The notes: generated from the sequence alone by a model not told the origin. Positions 29,773-40,783 are shown, numbered from the stretch's first letter. The stretch: 64,000 bases of DNA from Candidatus Megamonas gallistercoris (GCA_019114805.1 DXER01000081.1:12976-76975), one strand, 5' to 3'. Numbers and translations are program-made.

Positions 29773-31296
29773 ATGAAATATTTATTGGGACTGGATATCG
29801 GAACATCGGCGACAAAAACGGTTTTATTTAATGAAACAATGCAGCCGATAGCTTCCGCAAGTGAGGAGTATCCGCTGTATCAGCCGCAAAACGGCTGGGC
29901 AGAACAAAATCCAAAAGATTGGTATAATGCTTCATTGCATACAATTCAGCAGGTAATTGCAAAATCAAAAGTTGACCCGAAAGATATTAAAGGTGTCGGC
30001 TTATCGGGACAGATGCACGGACTTGTTATGCTGGACAAGGACAATAAAGTAATTCGCCCTTCAATTATATGGTGTGACCAGCGCACGGCGAAGGAATGTG
30101 AGGAAATCACGGAAAAAGTCGGTGCAAAACGTTTGATAGAAATTACGGCAAATCCGGCACTTACCGGTTTTACGGCTGCCAAAATTTTATGGGTACGCAA
30201 TAATGAACCGGAAAATTACGCTAAATGTGCGCGTATTTTACTGCCGAAAGATTATGTGCGTTTTTGCATGACAGGTGAATATGCGACGGAAGTTTCCGAT
30301 GCAAGCGGTATGCAGCTTCTTGACATTCCTAACCGCTGCTGGTCGGATGAAATTTTGGAAAAACTCGATATAGATAAAAATCTGCTGGCAAAAGTTTATG
30401 AATCACCGGAAGTTACCGGTCATATCAGTGCGGAATTTGCACAAAAATCCGGCTTGACGACAGATACTGTCGTAGTAGGCGGTGCAGGCGACAATGCGGC
30501 GGCGGCAATCGGCACAGGTATTGTAAAGGACGGCAGAGCTTTTACGACAATTGGTACGAGCGGTGTTGTATTTGCACATACGGATAAACTGAGCATCGAC
30601 CCTGAAGGCAGAGTACATACTTTTTGTTGTGCCGTGCCGGGCTGCTGGCACGTAATGGGTGTTACGTTGGCGGCAGGTTTGTCATTAAAATGGTTCCGCG
30701 ACAATATTGCTGATAATTATAAACTGGAAGCGGAAAAACTCGGCAAAGACCCGTATGTATTAATGAATGAAGCAGTGGCAAAAATTCCGTGCGGCAGTGA
30801 CCGCCTCATGTATCTGCCGTATCTGATGGGTGAACGTACACCGCATTTAAATCCGAATGCCAGAGGCGTATTTTTCGGATTATCGGCTATTCATACGAAA
30901 GAAAATATGATGCGTGCCGTTATGGAAGGCGTAGCTTATTCACTAAGCGACTGCTACGATATTTTAAAAGGCATGGGCGTAAATGTAGCTGAAATGATGG
31001 CGTGCGGCGGCGGCGGAAAAAGTCCTGTATGGCGCCAGATGCTTGCGGATATGTTCAACTGCGAAGTTAAAACACTGACCTCCGAAGAAGGCCCGGCTCT
31101 TGGCGTGGCAATTCTGGCCGGTGTAGGTGCAGGCATGTTCAAAGATGTGGTTTCAGCTTGTGATGAATTTATCAAGGCAGGTACGAGCTGCGCTCCGATA
31201 AAGGAAGAACATGATTATTATGAAAAAGGCCATGCACTGTATAAGAAGGTATATACGCAGTTAAAAGACTGCTATGAAGACTTAGCTGCATTATAA
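29773..31296 (+). CDS. xylB: Xylulokinase
   Basis: LGLDIGTS, SGQMHG, WCDQRT, GAGDNAA, PYLMGERTP. Confidence 0.93.
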   Translation: MKYLLGLDIGTSATKTVLFNETMQPIASASEEYPLYQPQNGWAEQNPKDWYNASLHTIQQVIAKSKVDPKDIKGVGLSGQMHGLVMLDKDNKVIRPSIIWCDQRTAKECEEITEKVGAKRLIEITANPALTGFTAAKILWVRNNEPENYAKCARILLPKDYVRFCMTGEYATEVSDASGMQLLDIPNRCWSDEILEKLDIDKNLLAKVYESPEVTGHISAEFAQKSGLTTDTVVVGGAGDNAAAAIGTGIVKDGRAFTTIGTSGVVFAHTDKLSIDPEGRVHTFCCAVPGCWHVMGVTLAAGLSLKWFRDNIADNYKLEAEKLGKDPYVLMNEAVAKIPCGSDRLMYLPYLMGERTPHLNPNARGVFFGLSAIHTKENMMRAVMEGVAYSLSDCYDILKGMGVNVAEMMACGGGGKSPVWRQMLADMFNCEVKTLTSEEGPALGVAILAGVGAGMFKDVVSACDEFIKAGTSCAPIKEEHDYYEKGHALYKKVYTQLKDCYEDLAAL

Positions 31297-31322
31297 TTTA
31301 ATCGGATGGGGGAGAGTTAAAA

Positions 31323-32735
31323 ATGGAAAATATAAAAGAGACTTTTCAAACAACTTCAGCAGGAAAAGTGAAGTTCGTACGAATTTTCGTATTTGTGGTA
31401 GCAGGTATGGCCGGTTTGCTTTTCGGTCTTGACCAAGGCGTTATTTCTGGTGCATTGCCGTTCATTGCTAAGGAATGGGAACTTACAAGCAGACTTCAAG
31501 AATGGGTTGTAAGCTCTATGATGGTCGGTGCAGCTGTTGGTGCAATTGTAGCTTCAAAATTATCTTCTGGCATTGGTCGTAAAAAATCATTGATGATTGG
31601 TGCAGCATTATTTATCGTAGGCTGCTTGGGTTCTGGTAATGCAACAAGTGTAGAAATGCTAATCGGTGCCCGTCTTGTTTTAGGTTTATCTGTAGGTATT
31701 GCTTCATATACGGCTCCGCTTTATTTGGCTGAAATGTCCGATAAAAATGCCCGCGGCAGTATTATTTCTGGTTATCAGCTGATGGTTACGGTTGGTATTT
31801 TGGTAGCTTTCTTATCTGATACGTATTTCAGTTATACGGGTGACTGGCGTGCAATGCTCATGGTAATTGCTATACCGGCAGTATTACTTATTCTTTGTGT
31901 ACTGGCTCTGCCGGAAAGTCCGCGCTGGCTTGCATCCAAAGGCAGATATCAGGATTCTGCTGATGTTCTGAGCACTATGCATACAAATATTGAAATTGCT
32001 AAAGAAGAATTGCATGATATTAAAGAAAACTTAAAAGTAAAACAGGCTGGCTGGGAATTATTCAAAGCTAACAAGAATGTTCGTCGTGCAGTATTTTTAG
32101 GTGTATTGTTACAGTTCATGCAACAACTTACAGGTTTTAACATTATTATGTATTATTCTCCGAAAATTTTAAGCATTGCCGGTTTCTCATCTACAGAAGA
32201 ACAGATGATTGGTACGGTTGTAAACGGTCTTGTTTTCGTACTTGCAACGTTTATTGCTGTAGGCACTGTTGATAAATCCGGTCGTAAACCGGCACTGAAA
32301 AGATGTTTTGCCATAATGGCAGTATCCTTGTTTGTTCTCGGCGTATGTTTCTTTGGACTTGAAAGTGGCTCAACTGCAAGCTGGATACCTTATTTATCCG
32401 CGGGTATGGTTTTATTAGCTATTATCGGTTTTGGTTTCGGTGCAGGTCCTGTTGTATGGATTTTATGTTCGGAAATTCAGCCACTTAAAAGCCGTGATTT
32501 CGGTATAGCTTGTTCTACAATGACAAACTGGCTGTCTTGTACTTTAATCGGTGCTACATTCTTAACACTTTTGGATACACTTGGTTCTACTATGACTTTC
32601 TGGTTATATGCACTTTTAAACGCTTTGTTTGTATATCTGACAATTCGTTATGTGCCGGAAACTAAGGGGGTTACTTTGGAAAAGATTGAACAGAACCTTA
32701 TGGAAGGTAAAAAACTCAAAGACATTGGCTGCTAA
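31323..32735 (+). CDS. Sugar porter family MFS transporter (GalP/AraE/XylE-like)
   Basis: [42 protein letters not shown]. Confidence 0.93.
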   Translation: MENIKETFQTTSAGKVKFVRIFVFVVAGMAGLLFGLDQGVISGALPFIAKEWELTSRLQEWVVSSMMVGAAVGAIVASKLSSGIGRKKSLMIGAALFIVGCLGSGNATSVEMLIGARLVLGLSVGIASYTAPLYLAEMSDKNARGSIISGYQLMVTVGILVAFLSDTYFSYTGDWRAMLMVIAIPAVLLILCVLALPESPRWLASKGRYQDSADVLSTMHTNIEIAKEELHDIKENLKVKQAGWELFKANKNVRRAVFLGVLLQFMQQLTGFNIIMYYSPKILSIAGFSSTEEQMIGTVVNGLVFVLATFIAVGTVDKSGRKPALKRCFAIMAVSLFVLGVCFFGLESGSTASWIPYLSAGMVLLAIIGFGFGAGPVVWILCSEIQPLKSRDFGIACSTMTNWLSCTLIGATFLTLLDTLGSTMTFWLYALLNALFVYLTIRYVPETKGVTLEKIEQNLMEGKKLKDIGC

Positions 32736-33012
32736 TATATGTAAAATCCCTTTAATGCTATAATCACAATTTGATGGCTGGTACATATTGAATGTATCAG
32801 CCATTGACATAAGTAGTAAAATGAATATTTGTAAAATCTTCCTTAATTTTTAGCCTTTTTCTATTTTAGTTGTTAGTTGAAAATTTCGTTGATTGGGTAT
32901 AAGCGAAAATGTTTTTTATAAAAATATTTTCATATAACAATAAAGTGTATTATTATGATAATATGTTCATGAAGGCAATTAAAATAGAAGTTTATAGCAT
33001 TGTGGGGGAAGA

Positions 33013-34032
33013 TTGATGGTAACGATAAAGAAAATTGCCGATTTGTGCGGTGTATCGCGTGGAACGGTGGACAGGGTCATTAATGACCGTGGCAATGTTA
33101 AGCCAGAAACGAAAGAGTTGGTTTTAAATATGGCGAAACAACTTGGCTATAAACCAAATCCGGCCGGAAAAGCATTATCAGCCCGAAAAAAACATCCGGT
33201 GGTTGGCGTACTGCTTTCATCAGAAGGCAACCCGTTTTTTGATGAGGTCATCCGCGGTATAAAACTGGCAGCGGAAAAGTATGAAATTTACGGATTGGAA
33301 GTTATTTGGCGCAATATGCGAGGGTATGATGTTTCTTCACAACATAAGATAATGGAAGAACTTAAAAGTAAAGTAAATGCGCTTATTATTAATCCGGTGA
33401 ATGATGAGGTAATTGCCAAAGAAATAAACGAATTTGTAGACAATGGAATTTTTGTGGTAACGATAAATAATGATATCGATAATACGAAACGTCATTGTTA
33501 TGTAGGCAGTGATTATTTGAACGGAGGAGAAACGGCAGGAGCTCTGCTTCAAATGATTGCTCCGCAAAAATCCAATATCGGCATTGTTATGGGTTCATCA
33601 AAAGTTCTTGGGCATAAACAGCGTTTAGCAGGATTTGAATATAAAATAAAAGAAAACAAGAGCTTTAAAATAATAGATATTCGTGAAAATAATGATGATG
33701 ATATATGTTCTTATGATGTAACAAAGGAAATGTTAAATAAACATTCCGAAATAAATGTGCTGTTTATTGTAGCTGCCGGAGTGTACGGTGCGTGCAGAGC
33801 GGTATTATCGCTGGGAAAACAGGACGAGCTTACCATTTTGGCTTTTGATACAGTGCCGACAACGGTGGAGATGATGAGACAGCATGTAATAAAAGCGGTT
33901 ATTTATCAGCATCCGTACAGGCAGGGACAGCGTGCCATGCAGATAGTATTTGAATATCTGGTAAATGGTATTGAGCCAGATAAAACGAAGCATATCATGA
34001 AAAATGAAATAAAAATTTTAGAAAACTTATGA
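33013..34032 (+). CDS. LacI family regulator (probable pentose-locus repressor)
   Basis: TIKKIADLCGVSRGTVDRVIN HTH; sugar-binding domain. Confidence 0.92.
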   Translation: MMVTIKKIADLCGVSRGTVDRVINDRGNVKPETKELVLNMAKQLGYKPNPAGKALSARKKHPVVGVLLSSEGNPFFDEVIRGIKLAAEKYEIYGLEVIWRNMRGYDVSSQHKIMEELKSKVNALIINPVNDEVIAKEINEFVDNGIFVVTINNDIDNTKRHCYVGSDYLNGGETAGALLQMIAPQKSNIGIVMGSSKVLGHKQRLAGFEYKIKENKSFKIIDIRENNDDDICSYDVTKEMLNKHSEINVLFIVAAGVYGACRAVLSLGKQDELTILAFDTVPTTVEMMRQHVIKAVIYQHPYRQGQRAMQIVFEYLVNGIEPDKTKHIMKNEIKILENL

Positions 34033-34042
34033 GGTGAAAGTT

Positions 34043-34663
34043 ATGAAGAGTGTAACAGACAAGGAATTTAAACAGTACGGCAGGGTTTTGGACATCGATA
34101 CAGCGGATTTTGTACAGGCGATGCTTGCCAAAGAGCCAATAAAAGAAGGTGTTGTGTATGAACCGTCTGATGAGGTTTTAGAAAAACTGCCGCTTTATAA
34201 ACAGATGCAGGATGAAGTGTTCGGCGGAATGGAAGTGGAGTTCGGTTTCTGCAGCGGTTATAACAATAAATTAAATGCCGTAGAATATCACCGCAGTTCG
34301 GAAATCGACATTGCGGCAACGGATTTGGTATTGATGCTCGGTCGTCAGCAAGATATTGACTACAGCAATAATACGTATGAAACGAAAAATGTCGAACTGT
34401 TTTTCGTACCGAAGGGAACGGCTGTAGAACTATATGCGACGACACTGCACTATGCGCCTTGCCGCGAAAATAATGAAGAATTCCGCTGCGGTGTGGTTCT
34501 GCCGAAAGGAACGAATTTACCGCTCAAAGTAAAACCGGTAGAAAATAAAGGTGAAAATCAGCTGCTTTTTGCTGCTAATAAATGGCTTATCGGACATGCT
34601 GAAAGCGGTGCTGATAAAGACGGCGGCTTTATCGGTTTGGTCGGAGAAAATACTACGTTATAA
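34043..34663 (+). CDS. DUF4867 family protein
   Basis: LNAVEYHRSSE, ELYATTLHYAPC, LPKGTN, NKWLI.H. Confidence 0.85.
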   Translation: MKSVTDKEFKQYGRVLDIDTADFVQAMLAKEPIKEGVVYEPSDEVLEKLPLYKQMQDEVFGGMEVEFGFCSGYNNKLNAVEYHRSSEIDIAATDLVLMLGRQQDIDYSNNTYETKNVELFFVPKGTAVELYATTLHYAPCRENNEEFRCGVVLPKGTNLPLKVKPVENKGENQLLFAANKWLIGHAESGADKDGGFIGLVGENTTL

Positions 34664-34737
34664 TTCAGTACGGTTGTAATGTATAAAACTATGTACTAGT
34701 GCAATCCCGCAAAATTATTTTTGCGGGACTTTTTATA

Positions 34738-35910
34738 TTATTTATTATATTTACGTTTGAATGTTATTGTTGCGCAGTAAAATATGAGGGCAACTACAGA
34801 AAGTAAAGCTGCACAGATATATATTGCACGGAACCCGTAAACCGGTACTACCATTCCAAGTAAGTAAGGGCCTACGCCGCTGCCGGCATCAAGAAACATA
34901 TATAAAGTGGAAGTAGCGAGGCTGAACCTATTCGGTTTCACTTTTTGAACAGCAATAGCTTGACCGGCTGAAGGAATGGAACCATATCCTGTACCGACAA
35001 GCACGGCACCGAGCAGTAGGATAAAAGATGAATGGGCAATGGCTATAAGTATAAAGCCGGCAATCATGGAAAAGAGAACGGGGAACATTACGACATGATT
35101 ACCGTATTTATCCAGTAAAATGCCGAAAAACGGGCGAAAAATAAGACAGGCTAAAGAATAAGCGATAAAAAATATGCTGCCGGCAAAAACTAAATTGATG
35201 TTTTCACTGTATGTACCGATAAAACTCATAATGGAAGCAAAACCGATTGCACCTAAAAAACCGATAAAGGAAATCGGTAAAGCTGTTGTTTCAATAAAAG
35301 TCCGTAGGCGTAATGATTTGACTTCAATGCGCTGGCGAAATCCGGGAGTTACATTGTGGACTTTGGTAACGAAAGATACGAATACGATTAACAGAGAAAT
35401 CGTATCACAGAAAAATAAAGGATAAACTGGATTTATCTTTGGCAGAACAATGCCGAGAAATGGTCCTATTGCTGAACCGAGTGTGATGCTTAATGTAAAG
35501 TACCCAATGCCTTCGCCGCGCCTGCTTTGAGGGATAATAGAAGTTATTTCTGTAGCGATTACTGTTGACATCATGCCGTAAGCAGAGCCCTGGATAAAAC
35601 GTAGAAATAATAAAAATGTCATGTTTATAATAAAATGATAACTTACGGTACTTATTAAATATAGACAGGCGGAAAACAGTAACAGTTTCTTGCGTCCGAT
35701 GAAATCAAGATAACGGCCGCTCAATAAACGGGAAATAAGTGCTCCAAAGATGAATATTCCGGAAGCAAGACCGGCTTCACTTACGGTACAGTTTAACGAA
35801 GAAATGGCAAATGAAGTGGTATAAACCATCAGCATATAGAATATAATAAACAATAAAAAATTATTTATTATATTTAGGATATAATCTTTAGTCCATAAAA
35901 CTTCTTTCAA
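34738..35910 (-). CDS. MFS transporter
   Basis: 12 hydrophobic segments; GRYLDFIGRK, RRGEGIGYF. Confidence 0.92.
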   Translation of the reverse strand: MKEVLWTKDYILNIINNFLLFIIFYMLMVYTTSFAISSLNCTVSEAGLASGIFIFGALISRLLSGRYLDFIGRKKLLLFSACLYLISTVSYHFIINMTFLLFLRFIQGSAYGMMSTVIATEITSIIPQSRRGEGIGYFTLSITLGSAIGPFLGIVLPKINPVYPLFFCDTISLLIVFVSFVTKVHNVTPGFRQRIEVKSLRLRTFIETTALPISFIGFLGAIGFASIMSFIGTYSENINLVFAGSIFFIAYSLACLIFRPFFGILLDKYGNHVVMFPVLFSMIAGFILIAIAHSSFILLLGAVLVGTGYGSIPSAGQAIAVQKVKPNRFSLATSTLYMFLDAGSGVGPYLLGMVVPVYGFRAIYICAALLSVVALIFYCATITFKRKYNK

Positions 35911-36109
35911 ATATAATCAATCCTTTCATAATAATACTATATTTTAATATTAGCATTTTTTTTATAGTCTAACAAGAAACGGCAAATTGTCGGGCTGTTG
36001 GCTGGTTTTTAAAATTTTTAATCTAATTATAATAAATAATCTATAACGGTTTTTATTTATTTATGATATAATAGCTCTAATGACTTAATGTTTTTTAGGA
36101 GGATATCTT

Positions 36110-36550
36110 ATGAAAAAGCAATTTTTAGCAATTATCTGTTCTGCGTTGTTTGCATTAGGAATAGGTTCGACGGCTTCTGCTGCGGAAGTTTATCAGCCGT
36201 CAGCTACTTCTTCTGTAGCTACCATCAATTACCAGTATGTATTGGCTAACCTTCCTGAAAGCAAATCCATTCAGCAGTCCATGGCAAAATTATCGGAAGA
36301 TGCACAAAAGGACTTTGAGCAGTCTGTTAATGAAAAGATGAACCCGGAAGAAATCCAGAAGGTTCGTATTCGTGTTGCTACGGAATTGAGACAAAAACAG
36401 ATTGATTTGGTAAAACCTGTACAGGAAAAAATTAATAATGCAATTCAGCAGGTTGCTCAGCAGCATGGTTATACTGTAATAATCAGCTCTGATGTGGCTT
36501 TATATACATCTGTTGATGTTACAGAAGACGTTTTGAACGCTCTTAAATGA
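36110..36550 (+). CDS. OmpH/Skp family outer-membrane chaperone
   Basis: Signal peptide; INYQ.VL, KI..AIQQVA..HGYTVI, DVTEDV. Confidence 0.85.
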   Translation: MKKQFLAIICSALFALGIGSTASAAEVYQPSATSSVATINYQYVLANLPESKSIQQSMAKLSEDAQKDFEQSVNEKMNPEEIQKVRIRVATELRQKQIDLVKPVQEKINNAIQQVAQQHGYTVIISSDVALYTSVDVTEDVLNALK

Positions 36551-36620
36551 TTGAAAAACAGTGCAGGTACGTTTGTACCTGCTTTTTTATTAAAAATGGA
36601 AAAGACAAGAAGGTGTTTTC

Positions 36621-38297
36621 ATGGGTGTATTAAAATGGTGGCAAAAAACGATTATTTATCAGATTTATCCAAAATCTTTCTGTGACAGTAATGGTGACGG
36701 TATAGGTGATATACCGGGAATTATCAGTAAACTAGATTATTTGCAGAATTTAGGCGTCGGTGCAATCTGGCTTTGTCCTATCTATCCTTCACCGCTTGTA
36801 GATAGCGGTTACGATATATCCGATTATTGTGCAATAGCACCTGAATATGGAACCATGGCAGATATGGAAAATTTAATAAGTGAGGCAGGCAAGCGCAATA
36901 TTAAAATCGTGATGGATTTGGTATTCAATCATACCTCCGATAAACATCAGTGGTTTGAAGAGTCCAGAAGTTCTAAAGATAATACAAAGCGCAGCTGGTA
37001 TATATGGCGTGATGGTAAACCGGACGGCAATGCGCCTACAAACTGGCGCGGTATTTTCGGCGGACCGGCATGGACGCTTGATGAAAAGACGGGGCAGTAT
37101 TATCTGCATACCTTTACGGCAGGTCAGCCCGATTTGAACTGGGAAAATCCGCAGGTTCGTCAGGCTCTTTATGATGTATGCCGTTTCTGGCTGGATAAGG
37201 GAATTGGCGGTTTCAGAATTGATGCCATCGTATATATTAAAAAGCCTGCAGTATTTGAGGACTTGCCGGCGGACGGTCCGGACGGGCTTGCCAGCGTGGT
37301 AAAAGCGGATAGCTGTCAGGAAGGCATACTTGATTTTCTGTATGAATGGAAACGAGAAGTTTTTGCAAAATATCCTGATATATTCACTGTAGCTGAAACA
37401 GACGGTATAACGGCAAAAGATTTTAGTAAATGGATAGGCAAAAACGGAGCCTTTGATATGCTGTTCGATTTCAGTCATATGATTTTAGGCTTTGACGGTG
37501 ATTTTTCCTGGCATAAACGCAAACCGTGGAAATTAATCGATATCAGAGCGCCGTTTACGGCTAATCAGGAAGCAACGAAGGAAGACGGCTGGGTAGCGAA
37601 TTATTTTGAAAATCATGACCATCCGCGCTGCGTGAATTATTTCTTCCCGAAAGGTACTGATACGGAACTGGCAGCTAAATTTATTGCGACAATTTTGCTT
37701 ACTTTGCGCGGAACACCGTTTATTTACGAAGGACAGGAATTGGGCATGACCAATGTAAAATGGCCGTCGATAAAAATGTACAAGGATGTTTCGTCGATAG
37801 GACAATATAAATTGGCGCTTAAAGATGGTCTTTTGCCGAAGGAAGCGATGAAAGGCATTTGGGAAAACAGTAGAGATAATGCCCGCAGTCCGATGACATG
37901 GAATAATGGCTCACATGCAGGTTTTACAACCGGCAGACCATGGCTGCCGCTCAATGATAAATACGGTTCAATTAACGTGGAAAGCGAACTGCAGGATGAA
38001 AAATCCGTACTCAATTATTATAAAGCGGTGATTAAACTGCGAAATGAACATAAGGCTCTTATTGAAGGCGATTATGAAGAACTGCTTTCGTACAGCCCGG
38101 GAATTTACGCATATGCCCGCACGGCGAAGGATAAATCGGAGCGCATAGTCGTCATTGCCAATACAACGGCTAAAATCCGCGGTTACAAAGTACCGGAAAT
38201 AAAAGGCGCTCAGCTTTTAATTTCCAATTACGGCAACAGAGAAAAAACATTGCTTCGTTCATATGAAGTGCGTGTATATAAAGTAAAACAGCAATAG
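36621..38297 (+). CDS. GH13 alpha-glucosidase / oligo-1,6-glucosidase
   Basis: YQIYPKSF.DSNGDG.GD, DLVFNHTS, QPDLN, GFRIDA, ENHD, SRDNAR. Confidence 0.93.
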   Translation: MGVLKWWQKTIIYQIYPKSFCDSNGDGIGDIPGIISKLDYLQNLGVGAIWLCPIYPSPLVDSGYDISDYCAIAPEYGTMADMENLISEAGKRNIKIVMDLVFNHTSDKHQWFEESRSSKDNTKRSWYIWRDGKPDGNAPTNWRGIFGGPAWTLDEKTGQYYLHTFTAGQPDLNWENPQVRQALYDVCRFWLDKGIGGFRIDAIVYIKKPAVFEDLPADGPDGLASVVKADSCQEGILDFLYEWKREVFAKYPDIFTVAETDGITAKDFSKWIGKNGAFDMLFDFSHMILGFDGDFSWHKRKPWKLIDIRAPFTANQEATKEDGWVANYFENHDHPRCVNYFFPKGTDTELAAKFIATILLTLRGTPFIYEGQELGMTNVKWPSIKMYKDVSSIGQYKLALKDGLLPKEAMKGIWENSRDNARSPMTWNNGSHAGFTTGRPWLPLNDKYGSINVESELQDEKSVLNYYKAVIKLRNEHKALIEGDYEELLSYSPGIYAYARTAKDKSERIVVIANTTAKIRGYKVPEIKGAQLLISNYGNREKTLLRSYEVRVYKVKQQ

Positions 38298-38302
38298 AAT
38301 AA

Positions 38303-38339
38303 AATAAAAGCTCCGGCTAACAGCCGGAGCTTTTATTTT
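38303..38339 (+). terminator. Intrinsic terminator
   Basis: TAAAAGCTCCGGC-TAACA-GCCGGAGCTTTTA. Confidence 0.85.
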
Positions 38340-38385
38340 ATATTGGTAAATTACTGATTTATTATGTTAATAAAATTTGAGAGTT

Positions 38386-38470
38386 TGCCGGTTCGGCACA
38401 ATATAAGAAGAATTATTTTTTAATTTATTTTTATATTGCATCGGGTAAATTTTCTTTATATTAAAGAAAA
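38386..38470 (+). repeat. Partial copy of the 4438-4966 element (matches ~4482-4573)
   Basis: TTCGGCACAATATAA...TTATATTGC..CGGG.AA.TTTTCTTT...AAAGAAAA shared. Confidence 0.7.
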
Positions 38471-38497
38471 ATAAACAACTAGCACAGCAAATATTAT

Positions 38498-38986
38498 TTA
38501 TTTTCGGGCACATTCACTGTCAAGATTGAGCATGATATTAAGACCGTGCTCCAGTGTCGGCAGAATGTAGTCAAGACATTCTTTGACGGCTTTGGGACTG
38601 CCCGGCAGATTGATTATCAAAGACTGTTTTCTGATGCCGGAAACGGCGCGGCTGAGCATAGCACGCGGTGTTATTTTCAGGCTGTAGGCACGTATGGCTT
38701 CAGAGATGCCGGGGGTTTCCTTTTCGATAATGTCGCGTGTTGCCTCCGGCGTATTATCGCGCGGAGAAAATCCTGTTCCGCCTGTGGTAAAAATCAGCGG
38801 AATTTTTTTATCGGACAGCTCGATAAGTTTTTTGGCAAGAAGGCTGCGTTCATCCGGCAGAATATCAAGAGATACGACGTCATAACCTGCTGTTTCGAGA
38901 ATTTTTTTTATGCACGGGCCGCTTAAATCCTCGCGTTGTCCGCTGTAGCCTTTGTCGCTGGCTGTTATAATCGCTGCTTTAAACAT
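38498..38986 (-). CDS. mogA: Molybdopterin adenylyltransferase MogA/MoaB
   Basis: SDK...REDLSG, TTGGTGFSPRD.TPEAT, NLPGSP. Confidence 0.92.
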   Translation of the reverse strand: MFKAAIITASDKGYSGQREDLSGPCIKKILETAGYDVVSLDILPDERSLLAKKLIELSDKKIPLIFTTGGTGFSPRDNTPEATRDIIEKETPGISEAIRAYSLKITPRAMLSRAVSGIRKQSLIINLPGSPKAVKECLDYILPTLEHGLNIMLNLDSECARK

Positions 38987-38987
38987 A

Positions 38988-39425
38988 TTAAACACCTTCT
39001 ATCGTAATCGTATCGTTTGCTCTTACTGTACCGCCGTTTAAAACTACAGCGAAAACACCTTCATTCGGCATGATACATTCCCCTGTCTGTTTTTGAATAT
39101 TGCAGCCGAGATGGCATTTTTTGCCGATTTGCGTAATTTCAAGTATTACATTATTGCATTTCAGTTTAGTGCCTATCGGTTGATTTTTTAAATCAATGCC
39201 TTCAACAAGCAGATTTTCGCCGAATGCGCCGGCGGGCACTTCTATCTGGTATTTAGTGGAAAAACGGCGTACTGCTTCAACGGCAAGTAGACTTATCTGG
39301 CGGTGCCATTTGCCGGCATGAGCGTCGTTTTCCAATCCGAAATCTTTTATCATGTTGCTGGTCGATACGGCTTTTTTCAGTGTGCCTTTTTTTTCACTGA
39401 TACATACAGCTAAAATTTTTCCCAT
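38988..39425 (-). CDS. MOSC domain protein
   Basis: DAHAG.WHRQISLL, FGEN, TQIGKKCH..C, CIMP.EG. Confidence 0.9.
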   Translation of the reverse strand: MGKILAVCISEKKGTLKKAVSTSNMIKDFGLENDAHAGKWHRQISLLAVEAVRRFSTKYQIEVPAGAFGENLLVEGIDLKNQPIGTKLKCNNVILEITQIGKKCHLGCNIQKQTGECIMPNEGVFAVVLNGGTVRANDTITIEGV

Positions 39426-39427
39426 AA

Positions 39428-39904
39428 TTATACCTTTCTATTGTAAATTCCGGATTTGCCGCCTTCTTTGCGTACCAGATGAATATTTTGGATTTCCATG
39501 GAGCGGTCAAGCGCTTTGCACATATCGTAAATTGTCAGTAAAGCAGCGCTTACGGCGTGTAGTGCCTCCATTTCTACCCCTGTTTTGCCTGTAACTTTTA
39601 CTTGTGAAACAGCTTTGATTGATAAATCCGTTTCATCCAATTCAAAGTCAATAACAGCTTTGGTAATGAAAAGCGGATGGCACAGCGGAATAATATCGCT
39701 TGTTTTTTTTGCTGCCATGATGCCGGCAATGCGGGCAACGGCAAGAACATCACCTTTTTTTGCTGTATTGTTTTTTATAGCACAAAAAACGTTTCTGTTG
39801 ACTTTAATAGAGCCTTCGGCGATAGCTGTGCGGGCGGATATTTCTTTATCGTTTACATCCACCATGACAGCGTTTCCTTCATTATTAAAATGCGTAAAGT
39901 TCAT
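39428..39904 (-). CDS. moaC: Cyclic pyranopterin monophosphate synthase
   Basis: [28 protein letters not shown]. Confidence 0.96.
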   Translation of the reverse strand: MNFTHFNNEGNAVMVDVNDKEISARTAIAEGSIKVNRNVFCAIKNNTAKKGDVLAVARIAGIMAAKKTSDIIPLCHPLFITKAVIDFELDETDLSIKAVSQVKVTGKTGVEMEALHAVSAALLTIYDMCKALDRSMEIQNIHLVRKEGGKSGIYNRKV

Positions 39905-39925
39905 TAATAAGATAGATACCTCGAT

Positions 39926-40120
39926 TTATTTCAGTTTTTTGGCAACATCGGATACATCTTTAATTGTTTTTGCCGTTTCGGTAATGTCTGATGTTGAGTT
40001 TCGGAATTCTTTAATGCTTTTACCGATGGAACGACTTATTTCCGGCAGTTTTTTTGGACCGAAAATAACGAGAGCAATTACCAAAATTAAAACGAGTTCT
40101 GGAATACCGAGTCCAAACAT
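39926..40120 (-). CDS. tatA: Twin-arginine translocase TatA/E subunit
   Basis: GIPELVLILVIALVIFGPKKLPE. Confidence 0.95.
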   Translation of the reverse strand: MFGLGIPELVLILVIALVIFGPKKLPEISRSIGKSIKEFRNSTSDITETAKTIKDVSDVAKKLK

Positions 40121-40178
40121 TTACAATTTCTCCTTTGAATGATAAGATGGTATTTTTATTATAACATAGTTTTTCCGT

Positions 40179-40688
40179 TCAAATTCCAAATTCAGGTGCA
40201 TAACGCAAAGTTCCGTTAACAGGACTGGCATTTTGTATCAGTTTTATTGCCATAAAATTATCGGAAGGAACATGAAAGGGTGCCTGTATGTGAAATTTTT
40301 CTGCCGGAACATAACCAAAGCGCGGGTAATACGTTTCACTGCCTAAAACAACACAGTATGGATATCCCAGTTTTTGAGCAATAAAATGACCTTTAAGAAT
40401 TAAATCGGTACCGATACCTTTGTTTTGAAATTCCGGCAATACTGAAAGCGGGGCAAGGGCAACTAGAGCTGTTTCGCCGATATAGGCTTTGGTAAACATG
40501 ATGTGCCCTGCAATTCGTTTATCTATCTGTGCCACTAAGGACAGTTCAGGTATGAAATGCGTACTTTGGCGCAGACGTACGACTAAATCCTGCTCCGTAC
40601 CGTCGCTGTGCTTGGCTGAAGCAAAAGCCGTTTTTACAACGGAATATACTTCATCATAATCGCAGGGATTTTCCTGGCGGATAATCAT
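40179..40688 (-). CDS. GNAT N-acetyltransferase (YhbS-like)
   Basis: LAPLSVLPEFQNKGIG, VLG...YYPRFG. Confidence 0.9.
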   Translation of the reverse strand: MIIRQENPCDYDEVYSVVKTAFASAKHSDGTEQDLVVRLRQSTHFIPELSLVAQIDKRIAGHIMFTKAYIGETALVALAPLSVLPEFQNKGIGTDLILKGHFIAQKLGYPYCVVLGSETYYPRFGYVPAEKFHIQAPFHVPSDNFMAIKLIQNASPVNGTLRYAPEFGI

Positions 40689-40783
40689 TGAATACACCTC
40701 GTTTGTCATAAGATTGTTCTATTTTTATTGTAACGTAATAAAAAAGGAACCTCAATCTGAAAGAATGAGGTTCCGGGGATTTT

